Virus record (IMG/VR): IMGVR_UViG_3300002026_000045
Location: 32,001 to 96,000 of that record
DNA from: a virus
Reading direction: 5' to 3' (one strand)
Length of the DNA stretch: 64,000 bases
In this document: one piece after another, positions 36,174 to 45,836 of the stretch
Numbering within the stretch: the first letter of the stretch is position 1
Layout: the number at the start of each line of letters is the position of its first letter
Notes under the pieces: generated by a model
What the model saw: only the letters and a program-made list of their open reading frames with translations
Told to the model about the DNA's origin: nothing
The model's database searches: none
Position numbers and translations under genes: made by a program

Positions 36174-36592
36174 ATTATTTCAGGTAACTCCCATTTTCCA
36201 CTTTTAACAATACCATCTAAGATATGCGGCAACGGTAGCCGTTTTCGTTTTTTGCAGCACCACACGATTGGACCATACATCTCATCTTTGGCATAATGGT
36301 CATACAGGTCTTGAAGATCCTCGTAGTTAATACTTTCTGCATCTGCACACCTGTCAAACGTATCGTTACAATTTACTGCAATAGCAAACGTTTTTTGAGC
36401 GTCAGTTGGCCAACTTTCTTTCCACCAATGTTCATTTAAAATGATAACTTCATTTGCAAGAAGAATTGCTAGAGCATTAGTTTCTTCAAATATAAGTTCA
36501 CTATCTGGTTTGTCTGGGTATAACCGTGTACCATCCGCTTTGCAGCGAGACCAATCCATTGCAAAATACGCAGACTTTATACTAGTATTCAT
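36170..36592 (-). CDS. Hypothetical protein
   Basis: 140-aa ORF. Confidence 0.6.
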   Translation of the reverse strand: MNTSIKSAYFAMDWSRCKADGTRLYPDKPDSELIFEETNALAILLANEVIILNEHWWKESWPTDAQKTFAIAVNCNDTFDRCADAESINYEDLQDLYDHYAKDEMYGPIVWCCKKRKRLPLPHILDGIVKSGKWELPEII

Positions 36593-36795
36593 TACTTATA
36601 ATCCTTTGGAATTGGTACGCCAATTATTTTGCATTTTTGATCTCGTGGTAAAGATTTTTCACATTCTGCGATAGCGTTATTATACACATTTCTTGTTGAC
36701 GTTGGCACGTATTCTGACAATGTGGCAGCGCCAACAAAACCAGCAAGAATACCCCAACAAAATATTAAAAATCCATCTCTCATTTTAATTTCCAC
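36592..36795 (-). CDS. Small membrane protein
   Basis: N-terminal TM; CEKSLPRDQKC. Confidence 0.55.
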   Translation of the reverse strand: MEIKMRDGFLIFCWGILAGFVGAATLSEYVPTSTRNVYNNAIAECEKSLPRDQKCKIIGVPIPKDYK

Positions 36796-37391
36796 GTAGT
36801 TAATTGTTCAGCATACAACCGTTTCCAGTGCTGCATAGACACAATAGCGTTAATCCAAAACGCACCATACAAGATGGAAGTCAAATACAATTCCCTTGAC
36901 CAAAATAGCGGAACAGACAACGTGTTAACTAAAATCCAAATCTTCCATGTTTGAGCACTACGCGACATAAGCAATAACTGTGCTACTACAGAAAATGCCA
37001 AAACGGTTGAGTCTACCCATGGCGCATACGCATTAGTAAATTTAGATAACAAGAAACCATATACAACTGTCACAAGCAATGCTACTGCAATATATATTGC
37101 CATTGTTTTAGTTGGCGCATAATTGATTGGCAACGACTTTCGACTATTGCTATCTTCATACCCGTATAGCCACTTTACCCAGCCAAGCACACCAGTGACA
37201 AGAAAGAAAATTTGCAATGTAGCGTCTGCATACAATTGCACATTGTAAAACATAATCCCATATAAAATGCATCCCACAATACCAGTCCACCAAGTGTGGA
37301 TATTGTTGCGACCTGCAAGAACAATGCAAACAACTGTAAAAAAGTTTGCAGCAAGTTCTAGTGGTGTCCAAGTAAACCAGTTCATAGTCAA
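36780..37391 (-). CDS. pnuC: Nicotinamide riboside transporter
   Basis: LYAD..LQ, P.VDS, AQLL, W.IWILVN. Confidence 0.9.
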   Translation of the reverse strand: MTMNWFTWTPLELAANFFTVVCIVLAGRNNIHTWWTGIVGCILYGIMFYNVQLYADATLQIFFLVTGVLGWVKWLYGYEDSNSRKSLPINYAPTKTMAIYIAVALLVTVVYGFLLSKFTNAYAPWVDSTVLAFSVVAQLLLMSRSAQTWKIWILVNTLSVPLFWSRELYLTSILYGAFWINAIVSMQHWKRLYAEQLTTWKLK

Positions 37392-37618
37392 TCCTTAATT
37401 CTTTCAAATTTACTAACATACCCCGCATACTCAGACGCTGGTATACGATACGAATCTGCATCTTTGCAAATGTTAACACATTCAGCAATAATTAATTTTG
37501 CAAACTGATTAGCAAACTCATACGGGATATACATACGGTCCATGTCTCCGTCTGGATCAGGACCATTCATGGCGTCACACATTGCTTTTGCCATTATAGA
37601 TTTAATTTTTTTGTTCAT
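37388..37618 (-). CDS. Hypothetical protein
   Basis: FAKLIIAEC motif. Confidence 0.55.
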   Translation of the reverse strand: MNKKIKSIMAKAMCDAMNGPDPDGDMDRMYIPYEFANQFAKLIIAECVNICKDADSYRIPASEYAGYVSKFERIKD

Positions 37619-37733
37619 TTTGTTTTACACACCGCCGGAGTTTGATTAAACAATACATCAACAGTTGTGGATACCCCAACTGCAAATATAATTAGCATTA
37701 GCGCCGTGCCAACTCCTTTGGCAAAATAAGGAA

Positions 37734-37982
37734 TTATGGTTCTGTCCATTGTTTTTTCTCCTCTGGACAATAATCAATTACTGGACACTGGTCACAAGTC
37801 CACACGTTGCCCAACTTAGCTGCTGACAACATACACCCCCACGCTCGGTCTGATTCTTTGCTAGGTGACGAATCGCATACTCGAGTACACAATTCTTGCA
37901 ACTTCTTCTCTGCATACAATGCTCTTGCGAGTTTTGCATTTACGAGTGATTGATACTCGTCTTCATTTAAAATGTATTGCAT
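37734..37982 (-). CDS. Hypothetical Cys-rich protein
   Basis: MQYIL.E.EY; WGC...CDQCPV..CP. Confidence 0.55.
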   Translation of the reverse strand: MQYILNEDEYQSLVNAKLARALYAEKKLQELCTRVCDSSPSKESDRAWGCMLSAAKLGNVWTCDQCPVIDYCPEEKKQWTEP

Positions 37983-37983
37983 A

Positions 37984-38178
37984 TTACAGTTTACTCTTAA
38001 TGCAACGGTATTTTTCAGTAGGTATGGCTAAGGTGCGGGCCGCATCTTCACACAGAACTTTTGATGAAGTGTATCCTGGAGCACCAGTAAATTCTCCCAT
38101 TGGCCGCCAATCATAATTTTTGTTATACTGGCCACTTACTGCCACTACTGTCCAAATTACCAAAATATAACTACCCAT
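37984..38178 (-). CDS. Small exported/membrane protein
   Basis: Hydrophobic N-terminus; two Cys. Confidence 0.5.
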   Translation of the reverse strand: MGSYILVIWTVVAVSGQYNKNYDWRPMGEFTGAPGYTSSKVLCEDAARTLAIPTEKYRCIKSKL

Positions 38179-38423
38179 TATTTTTTACTCCATACGCTGT
38201 ATGCCGGTTTAAATTTACTTGCTTGCAAAATTTTAAGCGGAACTCTACGATAGTCATACCAATCGTTGTTGTCAAGCATAGGATGTGGATGCGCCTTGTT
38301 AATTAACTGGTTGTTAATTATATACGCATGCGCAGCCAATGGGTTAGCAAATTGAACTAGCCGCTTGCCATCAGTTACAAGTCGCAAATCTTTAGTAAAC
38401 ATAACACGAATACAAAATGACAT
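38178..38423 (-). CDS. Hypothetical protein
   Basis: Fits gene packing. Confidence 0.5.
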   Translation of the reverse strand: MSFCIRVMFTKDLRLVTDGKRLVQFANPLAAHAYIINNQLINKAHPHPMLDNNDWYDYRRVPLKILQASKFKPAYSVWSKK

Positions 38424-38435
38424 GATAATCTCTTT

Positions 38436-38801
38436 TCACAGTGAGTTAATTAATGCAATCAGTTCAGCTTTGTCTGCGTCGGTAACTTCACACATATGAC
38501 CATAACCATTCTTCATGCCAGCGAACTTTTGTTCAACTGCGCTAACAATTGAATTTTTACGTTGACGTTCAACATTTGCCGCTTTTTCAGCATACACATA
38601 TTTTGCTTCAACCAGTCGCATTCCGCTGTATGATTTGCCAGCAGTGCGTTTGCTACCATGCTTGTCATACACATCGCCGTTGTCAAGATAAATGTGGCCG
38701 TGGCCGTTGATTTTTGTGACTTTGCAGATGTTAGCTGACAAGTAGCTATGCGAACTAGACCAAACAGTACCAACTTCATCGCCAACTTTAACTGCAAACA
38801 T
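38436..38801 (-). CDS. Early hypothetical protein
   Basis: Start re-assigned to ATG 38801 (GGAG RBS), downstream of promoter. Confidence 0.6.
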   Translation of the reverse strand: MFAVKVGDEVGTVWSSSHSYLSANICKVTKINGHGHIYLDNGDVYDKHGSKRTAGKSYSGMRLVEAKYVYAEKAANVERQRKNSIVSAVEQKFAGMKNGYGHMCEVTDADKAELIALINSL

Positions 38802-38832
38802 GTAAACTCCAATAATTTCTGTGTATGCGAGT

Positions 38833-38863
38833 ATTATACAGCCAAAAGGCTTGACTGTCAAGC
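38833..38863 (-). promoter_or_regulatory. Early promoter with 15-bp palindrome over -35
   Basis: GCTTGACAGTCAAGC; TTGACA-17-TATAAT. Confidence 0.85.
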
Positions 38864-38884
38864 AACGATGTTGCTGAAATACTA

Positions 38885-39085
38885 CTATTCTAATTCGTTA
38901 ATCGTCTCAAACCCAACTGTTTGCACTAGTTGATAACTTGAAATTATTCGTTCATCAAGCAACCGCTCACCCATCGTGAGCAACAATTCTCGATTGTCCT
39001 CTGTTGCTGCAACTGCTCTACTACCAGTGTTCATAAGAACTTGATTAGTAGAACCAGGGTATGTGATAATTAAGTAATATTTCAT
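38885..39085 (-). CDS. Hypothetical protein
   Basis: Fits gene packing. Confidence 0.5.
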   Translation of the reverse strand: MKYYLIITYPGSTNQVLMNTGSRAVAATEDNRELLLTMGERLLDERIISSYQLVQTVGFETINELE

Positions 39086-39094
39086 AATTTAAGG

Positions 39095-39394
39095 TTATAC
39101 ATTGGTCAAAATGTATAAAGTTTCATTTATAGTTGAATCAAATGCAATTCTTACTGGCATTGGCATTTCCAGATATCGTTCAAACCGTACGCCAGCAGGT
39201 GTAATATGAATTACTTTTTCAAAAAACGAATCCAAATCTAAATCCATTGACGTTCGTAAAATCCACGTAATACCAGTGGTATGATCATAACACTGAGTTT
39301 CAACTGCCGCCGTAAAACCATCATTTTGTACTAATACAGGATTGGTAGCTTCAAATTTACGCTGATTAACCAGCATGCCAGAATTGATCATCAT
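39095..39394 (-). CDS. Hypothetical protein
   Basis: Fits gene packing. Confidence 0.5.
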   Translation of the reverse strand: MMINSGMLVNQRKFEATNPVLVQNDGFTAAVETQCYDHTTGITWILRTSMDLDLDSFFEKVIHITPAGVRFERYLEMPMPVRIAFDSTINETLYILTNV

Positions 39395-39397
39395 AAT

Positions 39398-39595
39398 TTA
39401 ATCCTCACTTTCATACACTGCATTAATGCTCATCTCAGCAATGGCAACAATTCTGTCAATAGAACCGCAAAACATAGCATCAATTTCTTCTTCAGTCCTT
39501 GAAGGGAATGCCTTCATTATAAGTTCTTTTGACTCTTCAAGTTTCCAGATTGCTTGCTGCAAATCTGATATCATTTGTTGTCTTACTGTTGCCAT
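39398..39595 (-). CDS. Hypothetical protein
   Basis: Fits gene packing. Confidence 0.5.
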   Translation of the reverse strand: MATVRQQMISDLQQAIWKLEESKELIMKAFPSRTEEEIDAMFCGSIDRIVAIAEMSINAVYESED

Positions 39596-39966
39596 TATAG
39601 TCCAAGCAAAGTACGCTCTTCGCTGTTAAGTTTCGCAAGTGCAGCGGTGCGAACATTAGCTCTGCGCTGTGCTTCTTCTTTTTCTGCATTAGCATATCGC
39701 AGGAAACCCTCTACCCGCTCCATGTCATATTGCACTTCCCACACTGGATTAGCTGGCGCAGTTGTTTTGAGCACTACTGATTCGTAATCATATCTAAACT
39801 CATACGTTTCAGCATCAAGTTTGGTGACTGAAAACTCAGGATTGCTAACCATTTCATACATCAATGCAGCAAATCGAGTTGGGTACTCTGCTGAAAACAG
39901 AGCCCAATCTGCAAATTTTTCAGCATATTCACGCGCTTGGCGTTGTGCTTTTGTTTCTTTTGCCAT
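39595..39966 (-). CDS. Early hypothetical protein
   Basis: Start re-assigned to MAKETK (39966); ends ALAKLNSEERTLLGL. Confidence 0.65.
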   Translation of the reverse strand: MAKETKAQRQAREYAEKFADWALFSAEYPTRFAALMYEMVSNPEFSVTKLDAETYEFRYDYESVVLKTTAPANPVWEVQYDMERVEGFLRYANAEKEEAQRRANVRTAALAKLNSEERTLLGL

Positions 39967-39996
39967 ATAAATCCTTAAAATTCCACTGATGCATGC

Positions 39997-40025
39997 ATTA
40001 TACAGCCAAATAAGTGAAATGTCAA
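39997..40025 (-). promoter_or_regulatory. Early promoter
   Basis: TTGACA-17-TATAAT. Confidence 0.85.
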
Positions 40026-40028
40026 TCA

Positions 40029-40060
40029 AAAGAATGCCCTGTAATTTCAGGGCATTCTTT
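40029..40060 (-). terminator. Rho-independent terminator after rIIB
   Basis: AAAGAATGCCCTG / CAGGGCATTCTTT inverted repeat. Confidence 0.8.
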
Positions 40061-40066
40061 GTCAAA

Positions 40067-40999
40067 TTACACTTTTGGCAGCGGCCACGGTTTCCATTGC
40101 TGCTTCATTGCGCCGCTGCCTGCTGCGGCGCGTTTAGCAGCACGTTGAGCACGTTTACGAATGGCATTTGGTGTCATTGACAATGAGTTACCGTTTTTGT
40201 CATAATCTTGAGTCGTCGCCGCAGCTACGACTGGGCCGCGATTTACTTCAGGTGCTACGCTACCAACTGCTGTCACTTGCACTGGCTTATCAAAAGCATC
40301 CTGCGGCGCAACTGCAAGCTCGCTGATTACTTCGTACTTACATGCTCGGCCCTTGGCGTCGTTGTAGTCACTTGGAATAGAGACCACGTCACGTGGATTA
40401 ATCTTAAGGATCATTGTCCTGTCGCCACCAAAACTTGACAAATAACTAATGCTGCAAAAATGCAAACCCGCAGAGCAAGTACGATCTTTGTCGTCATCAA
40501 CTGCATTCCGTTCCATTGACAGCACTTTACCAACGCTATTATCCATCGTGCCAGAGTGGCAATCAAAATAGTTAGCGCGAACTTTTTTGTACGCCAAAAA
40601 GTGACCATCAGGAGTGATAGGCAAATTGCTCTTTTCCAAGAAAGGATACAACTCAGTTACTGCTCGTTTGCTTGGGTTTTGCATCAAGTTTTCCATAAAT
40701 GCAACCATTGGGTCAATTGAAAAACCTTCTTTGAGCATTTCAATCATTCTACGAGCAAGCGAAGTATCAAACACTTCACCTTTCCAGTAAAAGGTATCGC
40801 CGTCAATGGTAACATTGCCAGCACCAAATTTCACAACTGCCTTCTTAGGTTCAATCAAATCTTTGACCAAATCCCAGTCGTTAGTTTTAATAGCATCCAC
40901 TAACCGTTGATAAGTTGGGTGGCTCTTGCCAAATGTATGCGGCACGTTATCAATTACTACGACAACATTACCACCTTGCACAATATACGGGTATGACAT
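40067..40999 (-). CDS. rIIB: RIIB-like protein
   Basis: F.ENL..NPS..AV.ELY.FL, PIT.DG.FLAYKKV, CSAGLHFC, P.DVVSIPSDYN..KGRAC.YEV. Confidence 0.92.
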   Translation of the reverse strand: MSYPYIVQGGNVVVVIDNVPHTFGKSHPTYQRLVDAIKTNDWDLVKDLIEPKKAVVKFGAGNVTIDGDTFYWKGEVFDTSLARRMIEMLKEGFSIDPMVAFMENLMQNPSKRAVTELYPFLEKSNLPITPDGHFLAYKKVRANYFDCHSGTMDNSVGKVLSMERNAVDDDKDRTCSAGLHFCSISYLSSFGGDRTMILKINPRDVVSIPSDYNDAKGRACKYEVISELAVAPQDAFDKPVQVTAVGSVAPEVNRGPVVAAATTQDYDKNGNSLSMTPNAIRKRAQRAAKRAAAGSGAMKQQWKPWPLPKV

Positions 41000-41038
41000 T
41001 TTAAATCCTTAAAGTTAAGTTACTACAATAAAATTATT

Positions 41039-43252
41039 TTACGCTTCTTTTGCCACGGAGTCTACTAAATTGATGTAATCAGCGATTGTCTGTGTATGAT
41101 ATGTCATTGTATTGCTGCTAAGAATGCTTAGTAACGGATAATTTGACAGTACATGTTTAAATTCTTTAGTTAACTCATTTGTCACGTTGGTAACAGTAGT
41201 AAACAAATCTGTCGAATTATTTTTCTTATACCTAGACAAAAGCCAGCGCATAGCTGTTTCATCAACGTCTGATTTAACTGCACCAGTCAACTTAGCTAAG
41301 AACGAGCCGCAAACTCCATCTTGTGCAATAAGAAATGGGAGGACTGAACTATGATTCTTAATAATCCCGCACATTGCGTCAATTCGTAGTAGCGAGTTAA
41401 ATGCCATTTTGATAACGCTTTTGTCATCAATAGCAGCCAATCGTTTTTCAATTTCATATTCTAAGTTAATCCAATTTGGCAATTTTTTAACTGCTTCCAA
41501 ATCATTTTTACGGACTCCGTATATAGTATCTGTCAAAATTTTAGAAGAACGCAACTGGTCAGTCAACGTTGTCATATCACTGATATGAACTTTAGTAACT
41601 GGTGTAAATCCAGAAAGTGGCAAGTAGTAATATTTTGCACTACTGTCAAAGTCAGACACTGTCCCAGCGTCACGCCATACCATTTTATGACCACCGAGAC
41701 GGTTATGATATGACTGAGATTCATCTTTGCGTCGAGATTGTAAGATAGTTACGTTTTTTGCACGTTCAGCACCATCACGCTCACGCTTTTCAAGTTTGTC
41801 AGCAGTCAAAATGTGAGACTCCGGAGGAGTCATCAGCAATTTGAAAAAACTTTTCGTGTCAACAGGTTTCTTTTTATCTGCTGCATCAATGACATACACT
41901 GAATTATGATGACTACGTTGAGCAGCAATATCCTTGTTTGTCCGCCAGTGATGTTTGGCACGTGACAGAGCACCTACTTTTAACGTGTTAACAACAAAGT
42001 ATGTGTCCATACTTGGACTAATGTCATAAAATGTATCTGCTACTTTGCCCTGTGAATCATATGTATTTCGAGGGGAAATAGTTTTGCCAGTGGATGCGTT
42101 GTATATTTTAGAAAATGCACTCAACTTTATATTGTATTTTGACGCAAGAACCGCAACATCAAGTTTAAATGAGACATATGAGACATATGATGTCGAAAGA
42201 GTAGTACGAGTAATTAGAGGAAATTCAGTATCAACTATATATTTCGTGACTGCTGGCCGCCACAGAGCAGTATTTCTTTTACCGAATAAATAATGGGCAC
42301 GTTCCCACAGATTATCAATTTTATTTGCTTCGTCAGCAATATGCACAGCAAGTTGAGCGTTCAGTTGTTCCAACTTAGATTTAATTGCTTGCACAGTTTG
42401 CGGAATATAAGATAGCCCCTCCCGTGATGCTTGAAAATCAAGCTCACCAATGCCAAAGTTCATCTCCAACCCACAATCAAGCAATGCACGAAGTTCTCCC
42501 AGCGACTTGTCGCTTTGTGGAATTTCAATTGGGTACGCAATATTGCCCATAATTGCGGTACTTAGGTGGCCACCAATATGGCTTACGCCAGGAATAATAT
42601 TCTCTGTTTCGTAAGTACGTGTTCGAATCTCAAAATTGTTAACACCAGTGACAACTGGACGCAAAGAAAAATATTGATATACTGCTGATGCTTCTTGCTT
42701 AAACTTTCCGAAATCTGAATAATCGTTTACAGAAAACTTAACTTCAACTCCTGACGGCTCATCAGTCTTCCCATCAGTCATCAACGCGATGCTTGGCACA
42801 CCGCTTTCATTAATGAACGCTGTATAAATACCGCGAACGCCATCTTTGATAGCTGTTACAGTAAAATTGTCAGTGTATGAGAATGGAGATTTTGATCCAA
42901 GACCCAACGCACCAATGTATTCATTGCTGTCTGTTTTCGTAGATTCAAAATAGGTTGTGTAAATGTTAGTTACTTGATCATGTGACAACCCAGTGCCATA
43001 ATCACGGATTGAGAACCAGGGCTCGAGTTGGGATGGCAGATGAACGTCAAACGGTGTACCTTGCTTACCAGCTGCAATATGTGAGTCCACGGCATTGCAA
43101 CTTAGCTCACGCACAATTGCCTTGACCTTGTTAGCATACAGGCCAGAGCTTAGAATATTGAACGCTTTGGCAGAGTTACGAATACGGAATTCGCCAACTG
43201 CACCAACATTGGAAAGAATTGCTTCGTTTTGGGGAGTAGAGTTTAAAATCAT
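41039..43252 (-). CDS. rIIA: RIIA-like protein (GHKL ATPase N-terminus)
   Basis: LSSGLY.NK..AIVREL.CNAVDSH, IRDYGTG, STKTDSN..IG.LGLGSKSPFSY; upstream of rIIB. Confidence 0.92.
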   Translation of the reverse strand: MILNSTPQNEAILSNVGAVGEFRIRNSAKAFNILSSGLYANKVKAIVRELSCNAVDSHIAAGKQGTPFDVHLPSQLEPWFSIRDYGTGLSHDQVTNIYTTYFESTKTDSNEYIGALGLGSKSPFSYTDNFTVTAIKDGVRGIYTAFINESGVPSIALMTDGKTDEPSGVEVKFSVNDYSDFGKFKQEASAVYQYFSLRPVVTGVNNFEIRTRTYETENIIPGVSHIGGHLSTAIMGNIAYPIEIPQSDKSLGELRALLDCGLEMNFGIGELDFQASREGLSYIPQTVQAIKSKLEQLNAQLAVHIADEANKIDNLWERAHYLFGKRNTALWRPAVTKYIVDTEFPLITRTTLSTSYVSYVSFKLDVAVLASKYNIKLSAFSKIYNASTGKTISPRNTYDSQGKVADTFYDISPSMDTYFVVNTLKVGALSRAKHHWRTNKDIAAQRSHHNSVYVIDAADKKKPVDTKSFFKLLMTPPESHILTADKLEKRERDGAERAKNVTILQSRRKDESQSYHNRLGGHKMVWRDAGTVSDFDSSAKYYYLPLSGFTPVTKVHISDMTTLTDQLRSSKILTDTIYGVRKNDLEAVKKLPNWINLEYEIEKRLAAIDDKSVIKMAFNSLLRIDAMCGIIKNHSSVLPFLIAQDGVCGSFLAKLTGAVKSDVDETAMRWLLSRYKKNNSTDLFTTVTNVTNELTKEFKHVLSNYPLLSILSSNTMTYHTQTIADYINLVDSVAKEA

Positions 43253-43279
43253 CAGTAAGTCTTTCTACGCTAAAATTGT

Positions 43280-43386
43280 ATTATAACATCATTATCTTAA
43301 AGAGTCAACTAGAAGAATGCTCGTATGTGTCGGCAATTTAGTTAAATTCCGCAAGTTATTTTAACGATTTCAGCTCGGAAAGTCAA
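43280..43386 (-). promoter_or_regulatory. Two tandem early promoters for rIIA
   Basis: TTGACT-17-TAAAAT (43386-43358) and TTGACT-17-TATAAT (43308-43280). Confidence 0.7.
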
Positions 43387-43404
43387 TGATTCTGGTGAAC
43401 CACG

Positions 43405-43433
43405 TTGACTTCATTGAGGAAATACGTTATAAT
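43405..43433 (+). promoter_or_regulatory. Divergent early promoter
   Basis: TTGACT-17-TATAAT, 6 nt before ATG 43440. Confidence 0.75.
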
Positions 43434-43439
43434 ACATGC

Positions 43440-43781
43440 ATGGAACAAAACAACACTACCGTCAAACGCAAAGCACGTACAGATCGCAACCATGCTATCT
43501 ACGTTATCACTTGCGAAGTTACTGGCGAGCAGTACGTTGGTATTACAGTTGCTTCTGGCAACATTAAGATGCGTCTCAAAGTCCGTATGCAAAAGCATGC
43601 TGAACGTGCACGTAACGAAAGCAAAAACTGGGGCTTGTGCAATGCACTCCGTACACACGGCCCAGCTAACTTTACATACGGGTTGTTGGAAGTTGTGCGC
43701 GGTAAGCTTGCTGCTCACCAACGTGAAAACGACATTATCCGTGCTTATGTCCCAGCATTGAATACCGCTTACTACATTTAA
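43440..43781 (+). CDS. Minimal GIY-YIG nuclease
   Basis: AIYVI...QYVGIT...R..KH, RE...I....P.LN. Confidence 0.8.
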   Translation: MEQNNTTVKRKARTDRNHAIYVITCEVTGEQYVGITVASGNIKMRLKVRMQKHAERARNESKNWGLCNALRTHGPANFTYGLLEVVRGKLAAHQRENDIIRAYVPALNTAYYI

Positions 43782-43793
43782 GGGCTATACATT

Positions 43794-44030
43794 ATGATGA
43801 TGGAACTCAAGGTAGTTAACTGCATTGGCGATATTATGTTTATTGCCCAAGTTAGCGACATTTACGTTAACGCATTTATGCCACATGTAACTGCTTTTGT
43901 TAAAGACGTGCGCAAAGTTGAAGCGGGCACGGGCAACAGCGGCAAAAACAACGAGTATGAAACAACGTATTCAGGCAATGCAATTAAGTATCCAGAATTT
44001 GTTAAGTTAATGAACAATATCGAGCTGTAG
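43794..44030 (+). CDS. Hypothetical protein
   Basis: Co-oriented with upstream gene. Confidence 0.5.
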   Translation: MMMELKVVNCIGDIMFIAQVSDIYVNAFMPHVTAFVKDVRKVEAGTGNSGKNNEYETTYSGNAIKYPEFVKLMNNIEL

Positions 44031-44097
44031 TACGCACATCGTTAATGTGAGCATGGTAAATTAAAACAGGCATAAATACTCAAAAGAGAGTATTATT

Positions 44098-44472
44098 ATG
44101 GCGTTAGTATTAATTGTTGATGATAATCCCGTAATAAGGAAGTTTATTTACGAGATTTTAATCAAAGACTTTAACGTAATTGAAGCTTCAAACGGCAAAG
44201 ATGCCATAAACATTGCTACATTGCGAAAGCCAGACGTTATGGTTCTTGATGTAACCATGCCTGGTGGTCCTGACGGGATCAAAGTATTAGAGACTATCAA
44301 ATCTGACCCGGTGCTCACGCGCATAAAAGTGATAATGGTAACTGGGCAAGACTTTTTTGAAATATCACACTGCATTAGCAAAGGTGCAGTTGATTTTTTT
44401 ACAAAACCATTTAAACCACAACATCTAATCAAATCAATTAGGAAAGCATTACAAGAAGAATGCGTGAGCTAG
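44098..44472 (+). CDS. Stand-alone response regulator receiver (CheY-like)
   Basis: LIVDD, VLDVTMP (phospho-Asp), MVTG, FTKPF; TAAATA upstream. Confidence 0.92.
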   Translation: MALVLIVDDNPVIRKFIYEILIKDFNVIEASNGKDAINIATLRKPDVMVLDVTMPGGPDGIKVLETIKSDPVLTRIKVIMVTGQDFFEISHCISKGAVDFFTKPFKPQHLIKSIRKALQEECVS

Positions 44473-44915
44473 ACTTAAACCCACAATTTGTAATTGTTAT
44501 AGGCGGAGCAGGTTCTGGTAAAAATTATTTTATAGAACATGACTCGCAGTTATCAACGTATAAGCTTGTTGATGTGGATGCAATCAAAGGCGAGATAGGT
44601 GTGTCTGCTGCAATTACAGCAATTAAACCTATGTTGCTGTCAGCATTTGCAAATAAAGAAAACGTAGTCCATCCTACAACTGCATCAAATCTAACTGCAC
44701 AAAAGAATAAAATTAATGCTGCAAAATCAGCTGGATACACTGTAACGCTAATACTGCGAGATACGCCAGTTGATCAAGCTCTTGCTCAAGTTCGTAAACG
44801 AGTCACTGGTGGCGGGCACGATGTTGATATAAGCAAAATTGTGTCGTCTAACACTGCTGCAAGAAATAATTTTAATTTGTTATCGCCACTTGTAGACGCA
44901 TCCAAAATCGTTTAA
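44460..44915 (+). CDS. Zeta-toxin-like P-loop kinase
   Basis: GGAGSGK, DVDAI, AK.AGY.V.L, V.KRV..GGHDV. Confidence 0.75.
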   Translation: MRELDLNPQFVIVIGGAGSGKNYFIEHDSQLSTYKLVDVDAIKGEIGVSAAITAIKPMLLSAFANKENVVHPTTASNLTAQKNKINAAKSAGYTVTLILRDTPVDQALAQVRKRVTGGGHDVDISKIVSSNTAARNNFNLLSPLVDASKIV

Positions 44916-45190
44916 TGCAATTTATGAGTTACATAAGTTGTTGGGTCGCCAATTTCTAAAAGTTGAAATATTTTAGCAATCACTGGCGGGACAGACATAA
45001 TTTCTGCCGGCATAATTAACGCTTTTATGTCCCCTGCTCCGTCAAGGATAAACCCGTAGTCTGACTCATTTAAATCAAAGTCAAAGTTACTAGTCTCCTC
45101 CTCAGGAGAGGGCTCATCGCTAACGAGTTGTGCAATTTTGTCTAATTCTTTTCTGATTTTAGACGTCAGTTTCTTTTTAGATTTTGGCAT
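44912..45190 (-). CDS. Hypothetical protein
   Basis: DYGFI...G..K...P motif. Confidence 0.6.
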   Translation of the reverse strand: MPKSKKKLTSKIRKELDKIAQLVSDEPSPEEETSNFDFDLNESDYGFILDGAGDIKALIMPAEIMSVPPVIAKIFQLLEIGDPTTYVTHKLH

Positions 45191-45836
45191 GTAATTTAGA
45201 TGATAGGTTTTCGAAATACTTTACTGAATATCCTACTAGATGGTTTAGCACAATGTGATTTGCACCAAACGCATCCAAGTAAGTTTTAAATACTTGTGAC
45301 TCAGCAATGTGCTTGCTGTACAACTTCTTAGGAAAATGCTTTAAGTAAACTTCTGTAGCAATACTGTAGCCATATGCTTCAATTTCATCAGGGTTTCCTA
45401 AGTATTCTTGCAATTCTCGTCTCTCAGCATCATCACTCTTAGAGCCAAACACAATTGGCGATACATCAAAATTTCTTGATCTGTACTGCGTTTGATGAAT
45501 AATTTCATGCCCAACGCACTCAATTAGATCAATGCATAATTGATACCAATCAATATCAGTAATTCTAACTATTTTTTGCTGCGGATTATAATTTACATAC
45601 ACTGTAATTGATGGCAGCCCGTCCTCGTCGTCATCACGATCGTACATACCACTAATTATAATTTGATCCAAATCTACGTTAGCATCGCGTGATGTTTTTA
45701 ACCTAATATCATTAGATCCAACAAAATTTCGTAAAAATTTAGTAAACTCACTAACTGTGAAAGAACTGGAGTTTGGCGCTTTTGCAAACGCCACCATTTG
45801 CGTGAACAAATCTTTGGTAGTTAGTGTAGTTTCCAC
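45177..45836 (-). CDS. Zincin-like (HExxH) protein
   Basis: GHEIIHQTQ; YL..PDEIEAY. Confidence 0.7.
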   Translation of the reverse strand: METTLTTKDLFTQMVAFAKAPNSSSFTVSEFTKFLRNFVGSNDIRLKTSRDANVDLDQIIISGMYDRDDDEDGLPSITVYVNYNPQQKIVRITDIDWYQLCIDLIECVGHEIIHQTQYRSRNFDVSPIVFGSKSDDAERRELQEYLGNPDEIEAYGYSIATEVYLKHFPKKLYSKHIAESQVFKTYLDAFGANHIVLNHLVGYSVKYFENLSSKLHAKI

